From contig CAWGLD010000004.1 of the NCBI GenBank assembly GCA_963823335.1, positions 288,001 to 352,000 of the forward strand: a stretch of DNA of 64,000 nucleotides. Direction: 5' to 3'. Below, one piece after another: positions 20,686-29,398 of the stretch (its first letter is position 1; each line of letters begins with the position of its first letter). The stretch comes from an uncultured delta proteobacterium. Lineage in GTDB: Bacteria > Desulfobacterota > Desulfobacteria > Desulfobacterales > B30-G6. The position numbers and the translations under genes were made by a program. Below the pieces are notes generated by a model. That model worked only from the letters and a program-made list of their open reading frames with translations. It did no database searches and had not been told where the DNA came from.

Positions 20686-21821
20686 ATTCCCTGGAAATGC
20701 GAACGGTCAATGCATCGGGTCATAAGCGGGTACTGGTCACCAAGGAATTGCCTGGTCAGCGATGGGTGGACATCTTGACGGCAGCCGACTGCCGGGTAGA
20801 AATCATGACATCCAGCGATGTATTGAGTGTCAGGCACATCAAAAATGCCCTGGGATCACATTGCGACGGAGCCATTGGGCAGTTGACCGAGGACTGGGGT
20901 GACGATTTGTTCGCCGCGCTTAAGGCTGCCGGCGGAAAAGCCTACAGCAATTATGCCGTGGGTTTCAACAACATCGATGTGGCCGCCGCAACGCGGCATA
21001 AAATACCCGTCGGCAATACACCCGGTGTTCTCACCGAGACAACGGCCGAAATGGCGGTGGCCCTGACCTTTGCCGCCGCCCGCCGGACCGGGGAAGCCGA
21101 ACGGTTCATGCGTGCAGGCAATTACAAGGGCTGGCTGCCGGATCTTTTCACCGGTCACCTGCTCTGGCGAAAGACCGTGGGCATTGTCGGAGCCGGAAGG
21201 ATTGGCGAGGCCTATGCGCACATGATGGTGGAAGGGCACAAAATGAACGTTATTTACTACGACCTCCATGCAAACCAGGGTCTTGAAACGTTCATTGCCG
21301 ACTACAGCCGTTTTCTGAACACCCAGGGGCAGCCAGAGGTTACCTGCAGACGTGCGCAAAACCTTGAGGACCTTTTGTTGGAGGCAGATTGCATCAGCAT
21401 CCATACCATCCTGGACGATTCAACCCATCATCTCTTCAATGCAAAGCGTCTGGGAAAAATGAAAAAGGACGCCATTCTCATCAACACCAGCCGCGGACCC
21501 GTCATCGACGAGTCGGCTCTGGTTGACCACTGCAGGGCAAATCCCGATTTTCGGGCCGGTCTGGATGTCTTTGAAGATGAACCGGCCATGAAGCCAGGGT
21601 TGGCAGACCTGGACAATGTGGTTGTGGTACCCCATATCGCTTCGGCAACGCGCTGGACAAGGGAGGGAATGGCAATACTGGCCGCCTGCAATGTGGCGGG
21701 TATTTTATTGGGATATCCACTGTGGCAAAAATCCGATATTTTACCCTTTCTGGAAAACGAACCGCCCAAGGCGATCCCCAGCATCGTCAATTCAGAAGTC
21801 CTGGTGACAAAAAAAGCTTGA
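20682..21821 (+). CDS. D-glycerate dehydrogenase / hydroxypyruvate reductase
   Basis: AVGFNNID, NTPGVLTETTAE, GAGRIG, NTSRG, LDVFEDEP, PHIASAT. Confidence 0.93.
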   Translation: MNSLEMRTVNASGHKRVLVTKELPGQRWVDILTAADCRVEIMTSSDVLSVRHIKNALGSHCDGAIGQLTEDWGDDLFAALKAAGGKAYSNYAVGFNNIDVAAATRHKIPVGNTPGVLTETTAEMAVALTFAAARRTGEAERFMRAGNYKGWLPDLFTGHLLWRKTVGIVGAGRIGEAYAHMMVEGHKMNVIYYDLHANQGLETFIADYSRFLNTQGQPEVTCRRAQNLEDLLLEADCISIHTILDDSTHHLFNAKRLGKMKKDAILINTSRGPVIDESALVDHCRANPDFRAGLDVFEDEPAMKPGLADLDNVVVVPHIASATRWTREGMAILAACNVAGILLGYPLWQKSDILPFLENEPPKAIPSIVNSEVLVTKKA

Positions 21822-21958
21822 GTCTTTGGCACAAGCATAATAAGAGTATAGTCAAACAACAGACTGAAGTCTGCATAGCATCGCTATGCGATGTTATGGA
21901 TCGCGACCTTGTCGCGTTATGTCAATACTAACAAAACAATAGAAGCCATTAATAGACG

Positions 21959-21990
21959 ACCACGAAGGTGTCATTTCGTGGTTTTTTTTT
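21959..21990 (+). terminator. Intrinsic terminator-like hairpin
   Basis: accacgaa-ggtgtcat-ttcgtggt followed by a T-run. Confidence 0.6.
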
Positions 21991-22055
21991 AAGACCCAAG
22001 ATGAGCGATTGTCGAGATTTCCGTAGATGCGGTAAGATCGGAAAACCTACGGATT

Positions 22056-22196
22056 TGAAGAACCTCGCAGCAAGTTACGAGGAATGTTCTGTCGTGCGAC
22101 AGTGCTTCGCAGCGACCGTAAGGAATTCTGTCTAATTTTGATTCGCTCGCTAACCCCGCAGCAAGCTACGGGGAATGCGCTCGCTGTTGCGGTTCA
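22056..22196 (+). repeat. TGAA...TTCA REP/MITE-like family copy
   Basis: tgaagaacctcgcagcaag...ccccgcagcaagctacggggaatgcgctcgctgttgcggttca. Confidence 0.9.
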
Positions 22197-22240
22197 AATT
22201 TTAAGAATTGAAACGCTCGTCTTAGGTGAGAGGCGGACAT

Positions 22241-22846
22241 ATGCATATTTCTGAAGGTGTCTTGAATGCGCCGGTGCTGCTTACGGGCGCCGTACTGGCC
22301 ATCACAGGCACCGCCGTCGGATTGAGGCAGATGGACTATGACCGCGTTGCCCATGTGGGTGTTCTCTCGGCGGCCTTTTTCGTGGCCTCCCTGATCCATG
22401 TCAATGTGGGTCCATCCAGCACACACCTGATTCTGAATGGCCTTCTCGGCCTGTTACTCGGATGGGCGGCATTCCCTGCAATCTTGGTGGCGCTGATTCT
22501 GCAATCGATTTTTTTTCAGTTCGGGGGCATCACCACCCTGGGCATCAATACGATACTGATGGCGTTGCCGGCAGTCATTTGTTATTATGCTTTCAGAAAA
22601 CTGATCCATCGATCGGCGACGCTTGCAATGATCGGATCCTTTTCCTGCGGTTTTGTTTCGGTACTGCTGTCCGCACTTCTTCTGGGGCTTGCCCTGGTAT
22701 TCACGGAAAAGAATTTCTGGTCCCTGTCAGGGATCATCGTGGCGGCCAATTTGCCGGTAATGGTCATCGAAGGCATTGTCACGGTTTTCTGCGTGGCATT
22801 CTTGAAGAAAGTACACCCGCAAATGTTAAACAGGGATATTTCATGA
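22241..22846 (+). CDS. cbiM: Co/Ni ECF transporter substrate component CbiM/NikM
   Basis: N-terminal MHISEG metal-binding motif; hydrophobic throughout. Confidence 0.93.
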   Translation: MHISEGVLNAPVLLTGAVLAITGTAVGLRQMDYDRVAHVGVLSAAFFVASLIHVNVGPSSTHLILNGLLGLLLGWAAFPAILVALILQSIFFQFGGITTLGINTILMALPAVICYYAFRKLIHRSATLAMIGSFSCGFVSVLLSALLLGLALVFTEKNFWSLSGIIVAANLPVMVIEGIVTVFCVAFLKKVHPQMLNRDIS

Positions 22847-23535
22847 TCGACACGGCAAAAAAATTGAAACATGCCCTGCACCAGGATCTCGGCCTGTGCA
22901 GTCGCGTCGCTGGAGGGTGTCTTTTTCTTCTGATCTGCATGGTTTTCTTGAATGTTTCCCCTGCCCTGGCACACAGGGTAAGTATTTTTGCCTGGGTACA
23001 GGGCAATACCGTTCACACCCAAAGCAAATTCATGGGAGGCAAACGGCCTGAGCAGGCACTGATCGAAGTTTTCGACGACGCCGGAAACCTGCTGCTGAAT
23101 GGCAAAACCGACACGCAGGGGCTTTTCAGTTTTCAGGCGCCCAAAATATCAGACATGCAGATTGTGCTGACGGCAGGAACCGGGCATCGTGCGGTCTGGG
23201 CACTTTCCAGGGAAGATTTCCGGGAAACCGTCGTAGACTCCACTGACAATCAGCCATTGACTGCCGTGCCTCCAGGAAAGTCCGATGATTCAGGTCCCAG
23301 AACGTCCAAAACCCATCCATCCCCTGAAAACGGATTGACGGCGGCGGAGGTGACCGCTCTGGTTGAATCCACCCTGGATCGAAAATTGAAACCGCTCATG
23401 GACAGGATTGCCGCCTTGAATGAAAAACGGATCTCATTGTCCGATATCCTCGGCGGTATCGGATATATCGTCGGTCTTGTGGGGCTTGCCGCGTACATGC
23501 AGTATCGTCGGAAAAGGAGTGACACCCAGAGATGA
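22843..23535 (+). CDS. Ni/Co ECF transporter accessory protein (CbiL/NikL-like)
   Basis: ALAHRVSIFAW, GKTD.QG.FSF, AG.GH, C-terminal DILGGIGYI.GL.G TM; translationally coupled between cbiM and cbiQ. Confidence 0.75.
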   Translation: MIDTAKKLKHALHQDLGLCSRVAGGCLFLLICMVFLNVSPALAHRVSIFAWVQGNTVHTQSKFMGGKRPEQALIEVFDDAGNLLLNGKTDTQGLFSFQAPKISDMQIVLTAGTGHRAVWALSREDFRETVVDSTDNQPLTAVPPGKSDDSGPRTSKTHPSPENGLTAAEVTALVESTLDRKLKPLMDRIAALNEKRISLSDILGGIGYIVGLVGLAAYMQYRRKRSDTQR

Positions 23536-24299
23536 GACCGGAAGTTTTTGCCGTCGGAAAATCCGTCATCCATTCCATTGACCCAAGAAGCAAGGTGGTA
23601 CTGGCATTGACCTATTCCTTGGTGATCGCTCTGTCGAGCAGCTTTGTCGTTCTGTTGTCCGGTCTGGTCACTTCGCTGATACTGGTGATGGTTGCCCGTC
23701 TGGATGCACGGGAGATACTCAAGCGGCTGGCGGTCCTGCTGGGGTTCCTTCTGCTGATATGGATACTCATGCCGCTGACGTACCCGGGTGCAACCCTTTT
23801 CAGGATGGGCCCTCTTGGTTTCAGTGGCCCCGGAGTGCTTCTCGCGGCACAAATCAGCCTGAAATCAAGCGCTATCCTGCTGTCTCTCATGGCGCTTCTG
23901 GCAACCATGTCCATCGCGGTCATGGGACATGCACTGGGATGTCTCGGCATACCGGACAAGCTTGTGTACCTGCTGCTGATAACCTATCGGTATGTTTTTG
24001 TCATGGAGCAGGAATACCGGCGTTTGCTCCGTGCCATGAAAATAAGAGCGTTCAGGCCGGGAACCAACCTTCATTCCTACCAGTCCTATGCCTATCTGGT
24101 GGGTATGCTGTTCGTCCACGCCTCGGCACGGGCAGACCGGGTTTCCCAAGCCATGAAATGCCGTGGGTTTACCGGCAGATTCCACTCTCTCTGGCAGTTT
24201 GAACCGGATCCACGCAATCGGCTTTTTGCTGTCATCATGTCCCTGATCATTATTTCAATGGCAACGGTTGAATTATGGATTCAGATAACAAACTCATAA
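23532..24299 (+). CDS. cbiQ: ECF transporter T component CbiQ
   Basis: DPRSK, TYRY, AMKIRAF, AMKCRGF. Confidence 0.92.
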   Translation: MRPEVFAVGKSVIHSIDPRSKVVLALTYSLVIALSSSFVVLLSGLVTSLILVMVARLDAREILKRLAVLLGFLLLIWILMPLTYPGATLFRMGPLGFSGPGVLLAAQISLKSSAILLSLMALLATMSIAVMGHALGCLGIPDKLVYLLLITYRYVFVMEQEYRRLLRAMKIRAFRPGTNLHSYQSYAYLVGMLFVHASARADRVSQAMKCRGFTGRFHSLWQFEPDPRNRLFAVIMSLIIISMATVELWIQITNS

Positions 24300-25003
24300 A
24301 ACTCAAAGGCGTTTCATACCAGTATCCCGGCGGGAAAACCGTCCTGGACCAGATCGATTTCAAGTTCGCCAGAGGTGACCGGATCGGTCTGGTGGCACCC
24401 AATGGAAGCGGAAAGACAACCCTGTTCCATGTCATCATGGGGCTTTTGAAACCGTCCAGCGGCACCATCGAGATTTTTGGGAAAGTGCGACAGAAAGAAA
24501 AAGACTTTGCCCCCATCCGTCATCGCATCGGCCTGCTCTTCCAGGACGCAGACGATCAGCTGTTTTCCCCTACCGTCATAGAAGACGTTGCTTTCGGCCC
24601 GTTGAACCTGGGAAAATCTAAGCAGGAAGCCCTGGACATCTCCAGGAAAACTCTCGATTATCTGGGTCTGAATGATTTCGAAAACCGGATTACCTTCAAG
24701 CTCTCCGGCGGAGAAAAGCGCCTGGTATCCCTGGCGACGATTCTGGCCATGCAACCGGAAGTGCTTCTTCTGGACGAGCCCACCAATGCGCTGGACACGT
24801 CCATGAAATCACGACTGATCAAGATACTCCAGGGGCTCGATCTGTCCTATATTCTGATTTCTCACGAATTCGACGTGCTGTCTGAAACAACCCATGCGTT
24901 TTACAGCATGGAAGACGGCAAGCTCTTCAGGGATGACCGCGTGCACCTGCATACGCATCAGCACTCCCACAAAATCGGCAGACAGCCGCACAAACATGTT
25001 TAG
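24275..25003 (+). CDS. cbiO: ECF transporter ATPase CbiO with His-rich tail
   Basis: NGSGKTT, FQDADDQLF, LSGGEK, LLLDEP; tail HLHTHQHSH. Confidence 0.92.
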   Translation: MDSDNKLIKLKGVSYQYPGGKTVLDQIDFKFARGDRIGLVAPNGSGKTTLFHVIMGLLKPSSGTIEIFGKVRQKEKDFAPIRHRIGLLFQDADDQLFSPTVIEDVAFGPLNLGKSKQEALDISRKTLDYLGLNDFENRITFKLSGGEKRLVSLATILAMQPEVLLLDEPTNALDTSMKSRLIKILQGLDLSYILISHEFDVLSETTHAFYSMEDGKLFRDDRVHLHTHQHSHKIGRQPHKHV

Positions 25004-25021
25004 GCCAGGTGGACTCGAAAA

Positions 25022-25160
25022 ATGGCTAAATTTATTTACTCCTTTGGAATTATTCTGCTGGGCCTCTTGTTGGGGTATGGCCAACTCCTGCTGGTTTTTC
25101 ACAACAGCCCTGTTGGTCATCGTTCTCCCTGTATTGTTGGCCATCATCAACCTGTTTTAA
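25022..25160 (+). pseudogene. Collapsed membrane-transporter gene (probable AEC family): N- and C-termini fused out of frame
   Basis: MAKFIYSFGIILLGLLLGY after an AGGTGG RBS, then in another frame ANSCWFFTTALLVIVLPVLLAIINLF*. Confidence 0.6.
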
Positions 25161-25175
25161 CAGCGAGGTAGTGGG

Positions 25176-26222
25176 ATGAATCACCATATCGAAGAATTAT
25201 GTCAGATTCTAAAACAAAACCAGCCGGTTGTCATGGCAACCGTGCTGGCTCACCAAGGCTCTACACCCAGAAGTGCGGGTTCCAGAATGCTGGTTCTACC
25301 CGGCGGCGAAATCATCGGCACCATCGGGGGTGGCAAAGTGGAAGCCGAAGTCATGCAGACCGCATCTGCACTGTTTGACACCGAAATATCACAGATTCGA
25401 TCCTTTGATTTGCGTACAAGACCGGATCTGGACGATCTCGATGTCATCTGTGGCGGACAGATGACAATACTCATAGAATACCTCCAGGCAACAACGGAAA
25501 ATATCGATATTTTTCAAAAACTGCACATCACCCTCAAACAGGGCCAAAACAGCTTTATGATTGCCTCGCTGGAACAGACATCCGGCAGTGTTCGTGTGGG
25601 CAAACGGTGTCACATACAAAAGAGTGGAAAAATTTCCGACAACTGTCCCTATCCTGAAACCCATCTGCAGGAACTTGCAGCTCAAGCCAGAGGGACATGC
25701 ATACCGGCTGTGCTGCCGGCAGGCGATCAGAAATATCTCATCGAGCCTTATACCCTGAACGGAACCGTCTTCATCTTCGGTGCCGGCCATGTGGCCAAAC
25801 AGGTTGCGGTTATCAGCAAGATGGTCGGTTTCACAACCATGGTCCTGGATGACAGAAAGGAATTCGCCAACCCGGACAGATTTCCAGATACCGATCAGCT
25901 CATGGTTCTGGACACATTTGAAGACGCCCTGCAGGGACTCAGCATGGACACCGACAGTTACATTGTCATTCTCACCAGGGGACATCGCCATGACCAGACG
26001 GTTTTGGCACAGGCCCTTAAAACCGATGCAGGGTATATCGGCATGATCGGCAGTCGCAAAAAAAGGGATATCATATACCGCAATCTCCTGGATGACGGCT
26101 TCACCCCAAAAGATATCGACCGGGTGCACAGCCCCATTGGCATTGGTATCCAGGCTGAAACCCCGGAGGAGATCGGTGTGAGTATTGTGGCGGAACTGAT
26201 ATTGGAGAGAGCGAAAAGATAG
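25176..26222 (+). CDS. XdhC/CoxF family Moco-insertion accessory protein
   Basis: GSTPRSAG, GTIGGG, CGG, FGAGHV, LTRGH, YIGMIGS, PIG..I.AETPEEI. Confidence 0.93.
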   Translation: MNHHIEELCQILKQNQPVVMATVLAHQGSTPRSAGSRMLVLPGGEIIGTIGGGKVEAEVMQTASALFDTEISQIRSFDLRTRPDLDDLDVICGGQMTILIEYLQATTENIDIFQKLHITLKQGQNSFMIASLEQTSGSVRVGKRCHIQKSGKISDNCPYPETHLQELAAQARGTCIPAVLPAGDQKYLIEPYTLNGTVFIFGAGHVAKQVAVISKMVGFTTMVLDDRKEFANPDRFPDTDQLMVLDTFEDALQGLSMDTDSYIVILTRGHRHDQTVLAQALKTDAGYIGMIGSRKKRDIIYRNLLDDGFTPKDIDRVHSPIGIGIQAETPEEIGVSIVAELILERAKR

Positions 26223-26437
26223 GCGTGGAGGGGAAAAGAGCAGGGTTGGAGGGGTGGAGGGTTCAGGGTTGCCACTTCCAGCAGAACCTAACACCTAAAA
26301 CCTGATACGATTTTGTTTTCCCTTCGGTCCTGGGTATGCTGGAATGTTGGGATGCTTGGAAGCTGGAATGCCGCTATCCGCCTACAGCTGTTAGCAACCC
26401 TCAAACCCTTGTATCACCCTCGGACCCTTAAACCCTA
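26222..26437. repeat. Nested tandem-repeat mosaic: inverted octamer tracts enclosing 7-mer and 8-mer modules
   Basis: agggttgg-aggggtgg-agggttc at left, accctcaaacccttgtatcaccctcggacccttaaaccct at right; inside aacctaa-cacctaa-aacctga and atgctgga-atgttggg-atgcttgg-aagctgga. Confidence 0.8.
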
Positions 26438-26485
26438 TTATAATGCCTTGGAAAAGCACCTAAAAGATATAAGGATCGACAAAAC

Positions 26486-28144
26486 ATGAAACATGGCAAT
26501 ACCGTCATTGAAAAACCCTACCGCATATCAGCAGTCCTGTTCGATTTTGACGGTACGCTGACCAAACCGGACGCGCTGGATTTCTCTGTTATCAAGGAGA
26601 CTCTTGGATGTCCCCACGATATACCGGCCCTTGAATTTATTGAAAGCATTCCGGATCCACAGAAAAAAAATCAAGCCTTCACCGAACTGGATCGTTTTGA
26701 AAGCCGGGCTGCAGCCATTTCAGAACCCAATCCCGGTGCGGAAAACCTGATACGGACGATCCATTCAATGGGGCTTCCCATGGGTATCGTCACCCGCAAC
26801 AGCGTAGACTCCGTGAGGGAATCCCTGAAGAATTTCAATGGTATCGGTCTGGATGATTTTGATATCGTCATCACCAGGAACGACCCGGTGAAACCGAAAC
26901 CGAGCCCCGAAGGTGTTTTGCTGGCCGCCCGTAAACTCAATGTCGACCCCCGGCATATCCTGATGGTGGGAGATTTCGTGTTTGACATCGATGCCGGCAG
27001 AAAGGCCGGCACGCTAACGGCCCTCCTGGATGTCAACCCGCGTGTCGATAAAAGCCGTCTTAAATGCGATATTGTCGTTTCCAGTTTGGCAGACCTCGAA
27101 CCGGTCCTTCAGATGGGGTTACCACTGCCCCAGGGGAAATTGCCCAACCAGCTGCTCGAACAAATTCTGAATGGGTTTTCCTTTGAAGATCCGGCCATGC
27201 TGATCACCGCCGGTGTTGGGGAAGACATTGCAGCAGTGGACATCAAAAATGAGGAAGTCCTTGTTTTAAAGTCTGACCCCATCACCTTTGCCACAGATGC
27301 CATCGGACATTATGCCGTGCTCGTCAATGCCAATGACATCACGACCTGCGGTGCCGATCCCAGGTGGTTTTTGACAACGCTTCTGTTTCCCTGCGGCAGT
27401 ACCGGCTCCGAGATACAGCACGTCATGCACGGACTGAACCATGTCGCATCAAAATACGGGATCACCCTTTGCGGAGGGCATACCGAGATCACCGATGCCG
27501 TAACCAGACCCGTTGTGGTGGGCTCTCTGGCCGGGACTGTGCCTGAGAACCGTTTGATAGACAAGAAATCCATGAAAACCGGTGACCTCCTGTTGATGAC
27601 CAAATCGGTTTCCGTGGAAGGAACAGCCATCATCGCACGTGAAATGGAACACAAGCTGCTTTCCATGGGGTTCAGTGATTCAGACATCTATTCCTGCAAG
27701 CAGTTCTTAGATCACATCAGCATCATGGAAGAAGCCCGAATCGCAAAAGATATCGGTGGTGTTACGGCCATGCACGATGTCACGGAAGGGGGGCTGGCCA
27801 CGGCGGTTGCAGAGTTGAGTATTGCCGGCAGGCATCGCATCCGGATCGACATGAATTGCATCCCCATCTTTCCCCAGACCCAGAGAATCTGTGATGCCTT
27901 CGGTATCTCACCCCTGGGTCTCATCGGATCCGGCAGCCTTTTGATCTGCTGTTCCCCCGATACCAAAGATGATATTCTGACAGGTATCCGGGAGGCCGGT
28001 ATCCATGTGACCTGCATCGGTGAAGTCCTTGAAGACGGAGAGGGTGTCGTGGCCATGGATGGCCTGAAGCCTGTAGCGTGGCCAATATTCAAGGTCGATG
28101 AAATAGCCCGGGTGTTTAGTAAAGCTATTAGCGCCAAGCTGTAA
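26486..28144 (+). CDS. Fusion: HAD-IA phosphatase plus AIR-synthase/HypE-like (PurM superfamily) domain
   Basis: FDFDGTL, KPSP, VGDFVFD; then GKLP, GVGED, KSDPIT, NANDI, GGHTE, MHDVTEGG. Confidence 0.88.
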   Translation: MKHGNTVIEKPYRISAVLFDFDGTLTKPDALDFSVIKETLGCPHDIPALEFIESIPDPQKKNQAFTELDRFESRAAAISEPNPGAENLIRTIHSMGLPMGIVTRNSVDSVRESLKNFNGIGLDDFDIVITRNDPVKPKPSPEGVLLAARKLNVDPRHILMVGDFVFDIDAGRKAGTLTALLDVNPRVDKSRLKCDIVVSSLADLEPVLQMGLPLPQGKLPNQLLEQILNGFSFEDPAMLITAGVGEDIAAVDIKNEEVLVLKSDPITFATDAIGHYAVLVNANDITTCGADPRWFLTTLLFPCGSTGSEIQHVMHGLNHVASKYGITLCGGHTEITDAVTRPVVVGSLAGTVPENRLIDKKSMKTGDLLLMTKSVSVEGTAIIAREMEHKLLSMGFSDSDIYSCKQFLDHISIMEEARIAKDIGGVTAMHDVTEGGLATAVAELSIAGRHRIRIDMNCIPIFPQTQRICDAFGISPLGLIGSGSLLICCSPDTKDDILTGIREAGIHVTCIGEVLEDGEGVVAMDGLKPVAWPIFKVDEIARVFSKAISAKL

Positions 28145-28192
28145 GGGCTAAGCAAGCTTGCGGCTCAATGCTTACAGCTTATCGCTTATGGC

Positions 28193-29260
28193 TTATACGG
28201 TAGTGCCCATGCTAAATGTATACTGAAGGATCAAGTATAACACATACACACCGAACAACCACCCGCCCTGCCATCTTTTGAAGCGGCCGTCCTTGTTGGT
28301 GAAGATAAAGAACCGAAACAGATACAGGATGAGAAGCATGGCCGGGAAATGAAAAATATAGAAATTGGGCGGCACGGCGAGCGGTTTGGCTACCGCGGCC
28401 GCGCCGATGACAAAGAGGCAGTTCAGAACATCTGCCCCGACAATATTTCCTACCATTATTTCAGGATGTCCCTTGCGAACGGAGGCAATGGCGGTCATGA
28501 GTTCGGGCAGAGATGTACCAAACGCCACCATGGTGGCCGCAATGACATCATCCGGCACACCGATTCTCAGGGCTATTTCGGATGCGGCAGGCACCAGAAT
28601 CCTGGCTGAAGCGACAATGATCAGGAGACCACCGATAATCATCAGCCAGCATATACCCAGACCCACTGAGCCGGGTGTCTCCTTTTCCTCTATATCGATG
28701 CCCTTTTCTGCCCCCTGCTTTGCCCAGATATAGGTCATATACAAATACCCTCCCAGCAGAAACAGGAAAAGCACACCCACCCATCTGGAAAGAATCGGCC
28801 TGCCATCCATCCATATCAACGCAGCGATGGATATCCCCACCAGGAGCGTAGCCGATCCCACTTGAACCCAGCCGGTACGATTAAGAATAAACCGGTTTAC
28901 GGGAATAGCCGTCAGCATGCAGGTCAAACCGAATATCAAGCCGGTGTCGGCGATGATGGATCCCACACCGTTTCCCAGTGCCAGACCGGGATTTCCCATC
29001 CAGGCAGCCATCACCGACACAAACGCCTCCGGCATAGTAGTCCCCAGAGATACGATGGTGGCCCCGATGACGATCCGCGGCAATCCTGTTCGGCTAGCCA
29101 GTTCGACCACGCCAATAATCATCCAATCGGCCCCTTTGGAAATCGTCAGAATACAAATGGCGACCACCCCTACCAATACGATGGTGGGATACCCTTGAAG
29201 CAAATGCAGCAGGCGTGTTTCATCCCCGATCCACTGGAGTATTTGATTGAGCATTCCCAT
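28193..29260 (-). CDS. Calcium/sodium antiporter (YrbG/CaCA family)
   Basis: Two alpha repeats GTTMPE and GTSLPE; GN.VG. Confidence 0.93.
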   Translation of the reverse strand: MGMLNQILQWIGDETRLLHLLQGYPTIVLVGVVAICILTISKGADWMIIGVVELASRTGLPRIVIGATIVSLGTTMPEAFVSVMAAWMGNPGLALGNGVGSIIADTGLIFGLTCMLTAIPVNRFILNRTGWVQVGSATLLVGISIAALIWMDGRPILSRWVGVLFLFLLGGYLYMTYIWAKQGAEKGIDIEEKETPGSVGLGICWLMIIGGLLIIVASARILVPAASEIALRIGVPDDVIAATMVAFGTSLPELMTAIASVRKGHPEIMVGNIVGADVLNCLFVIGAAAVAKPLAVPPNFYIFHFPAMLLILYLFRFFIFTNKDGRFKRWQGGWLFGVYVLYLILQYTFSMGTTV

Positions 29261-29398
29261 ACCTTTCAGTTCAATGTTTCAATTTTATAATGCGAACACA
29301 ATCCAGAAATTGTAACAATGATAGAGAAATAACGATCGTGTCAATCACTTTTTAAATTTAATGGACTTCTTTTGTCGTTAATGCTATAAGCAGTTGTT

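Noticed and set aside
19102-22196. CRISPR array from the repeated gcagcaagctac palindromes
   Set aside because: Copies are dispersed kilobases apart with no regular repeat-spacer period and no cas genes
21822-22240. Cobalamin or NiCo riboswitch, or NikR box, upstream of cbiM
   Set aside because: No B12-box or clear GTATGA-N16-TCATAC site; the structured parts are explained by a terminator-like hairpin and repeats
22462-22842. N-terminal extension of the 357-aa ORF
   Set aside because: Overlaps cbiM in another frame; the coupled ATG at 22843 is the plausible start
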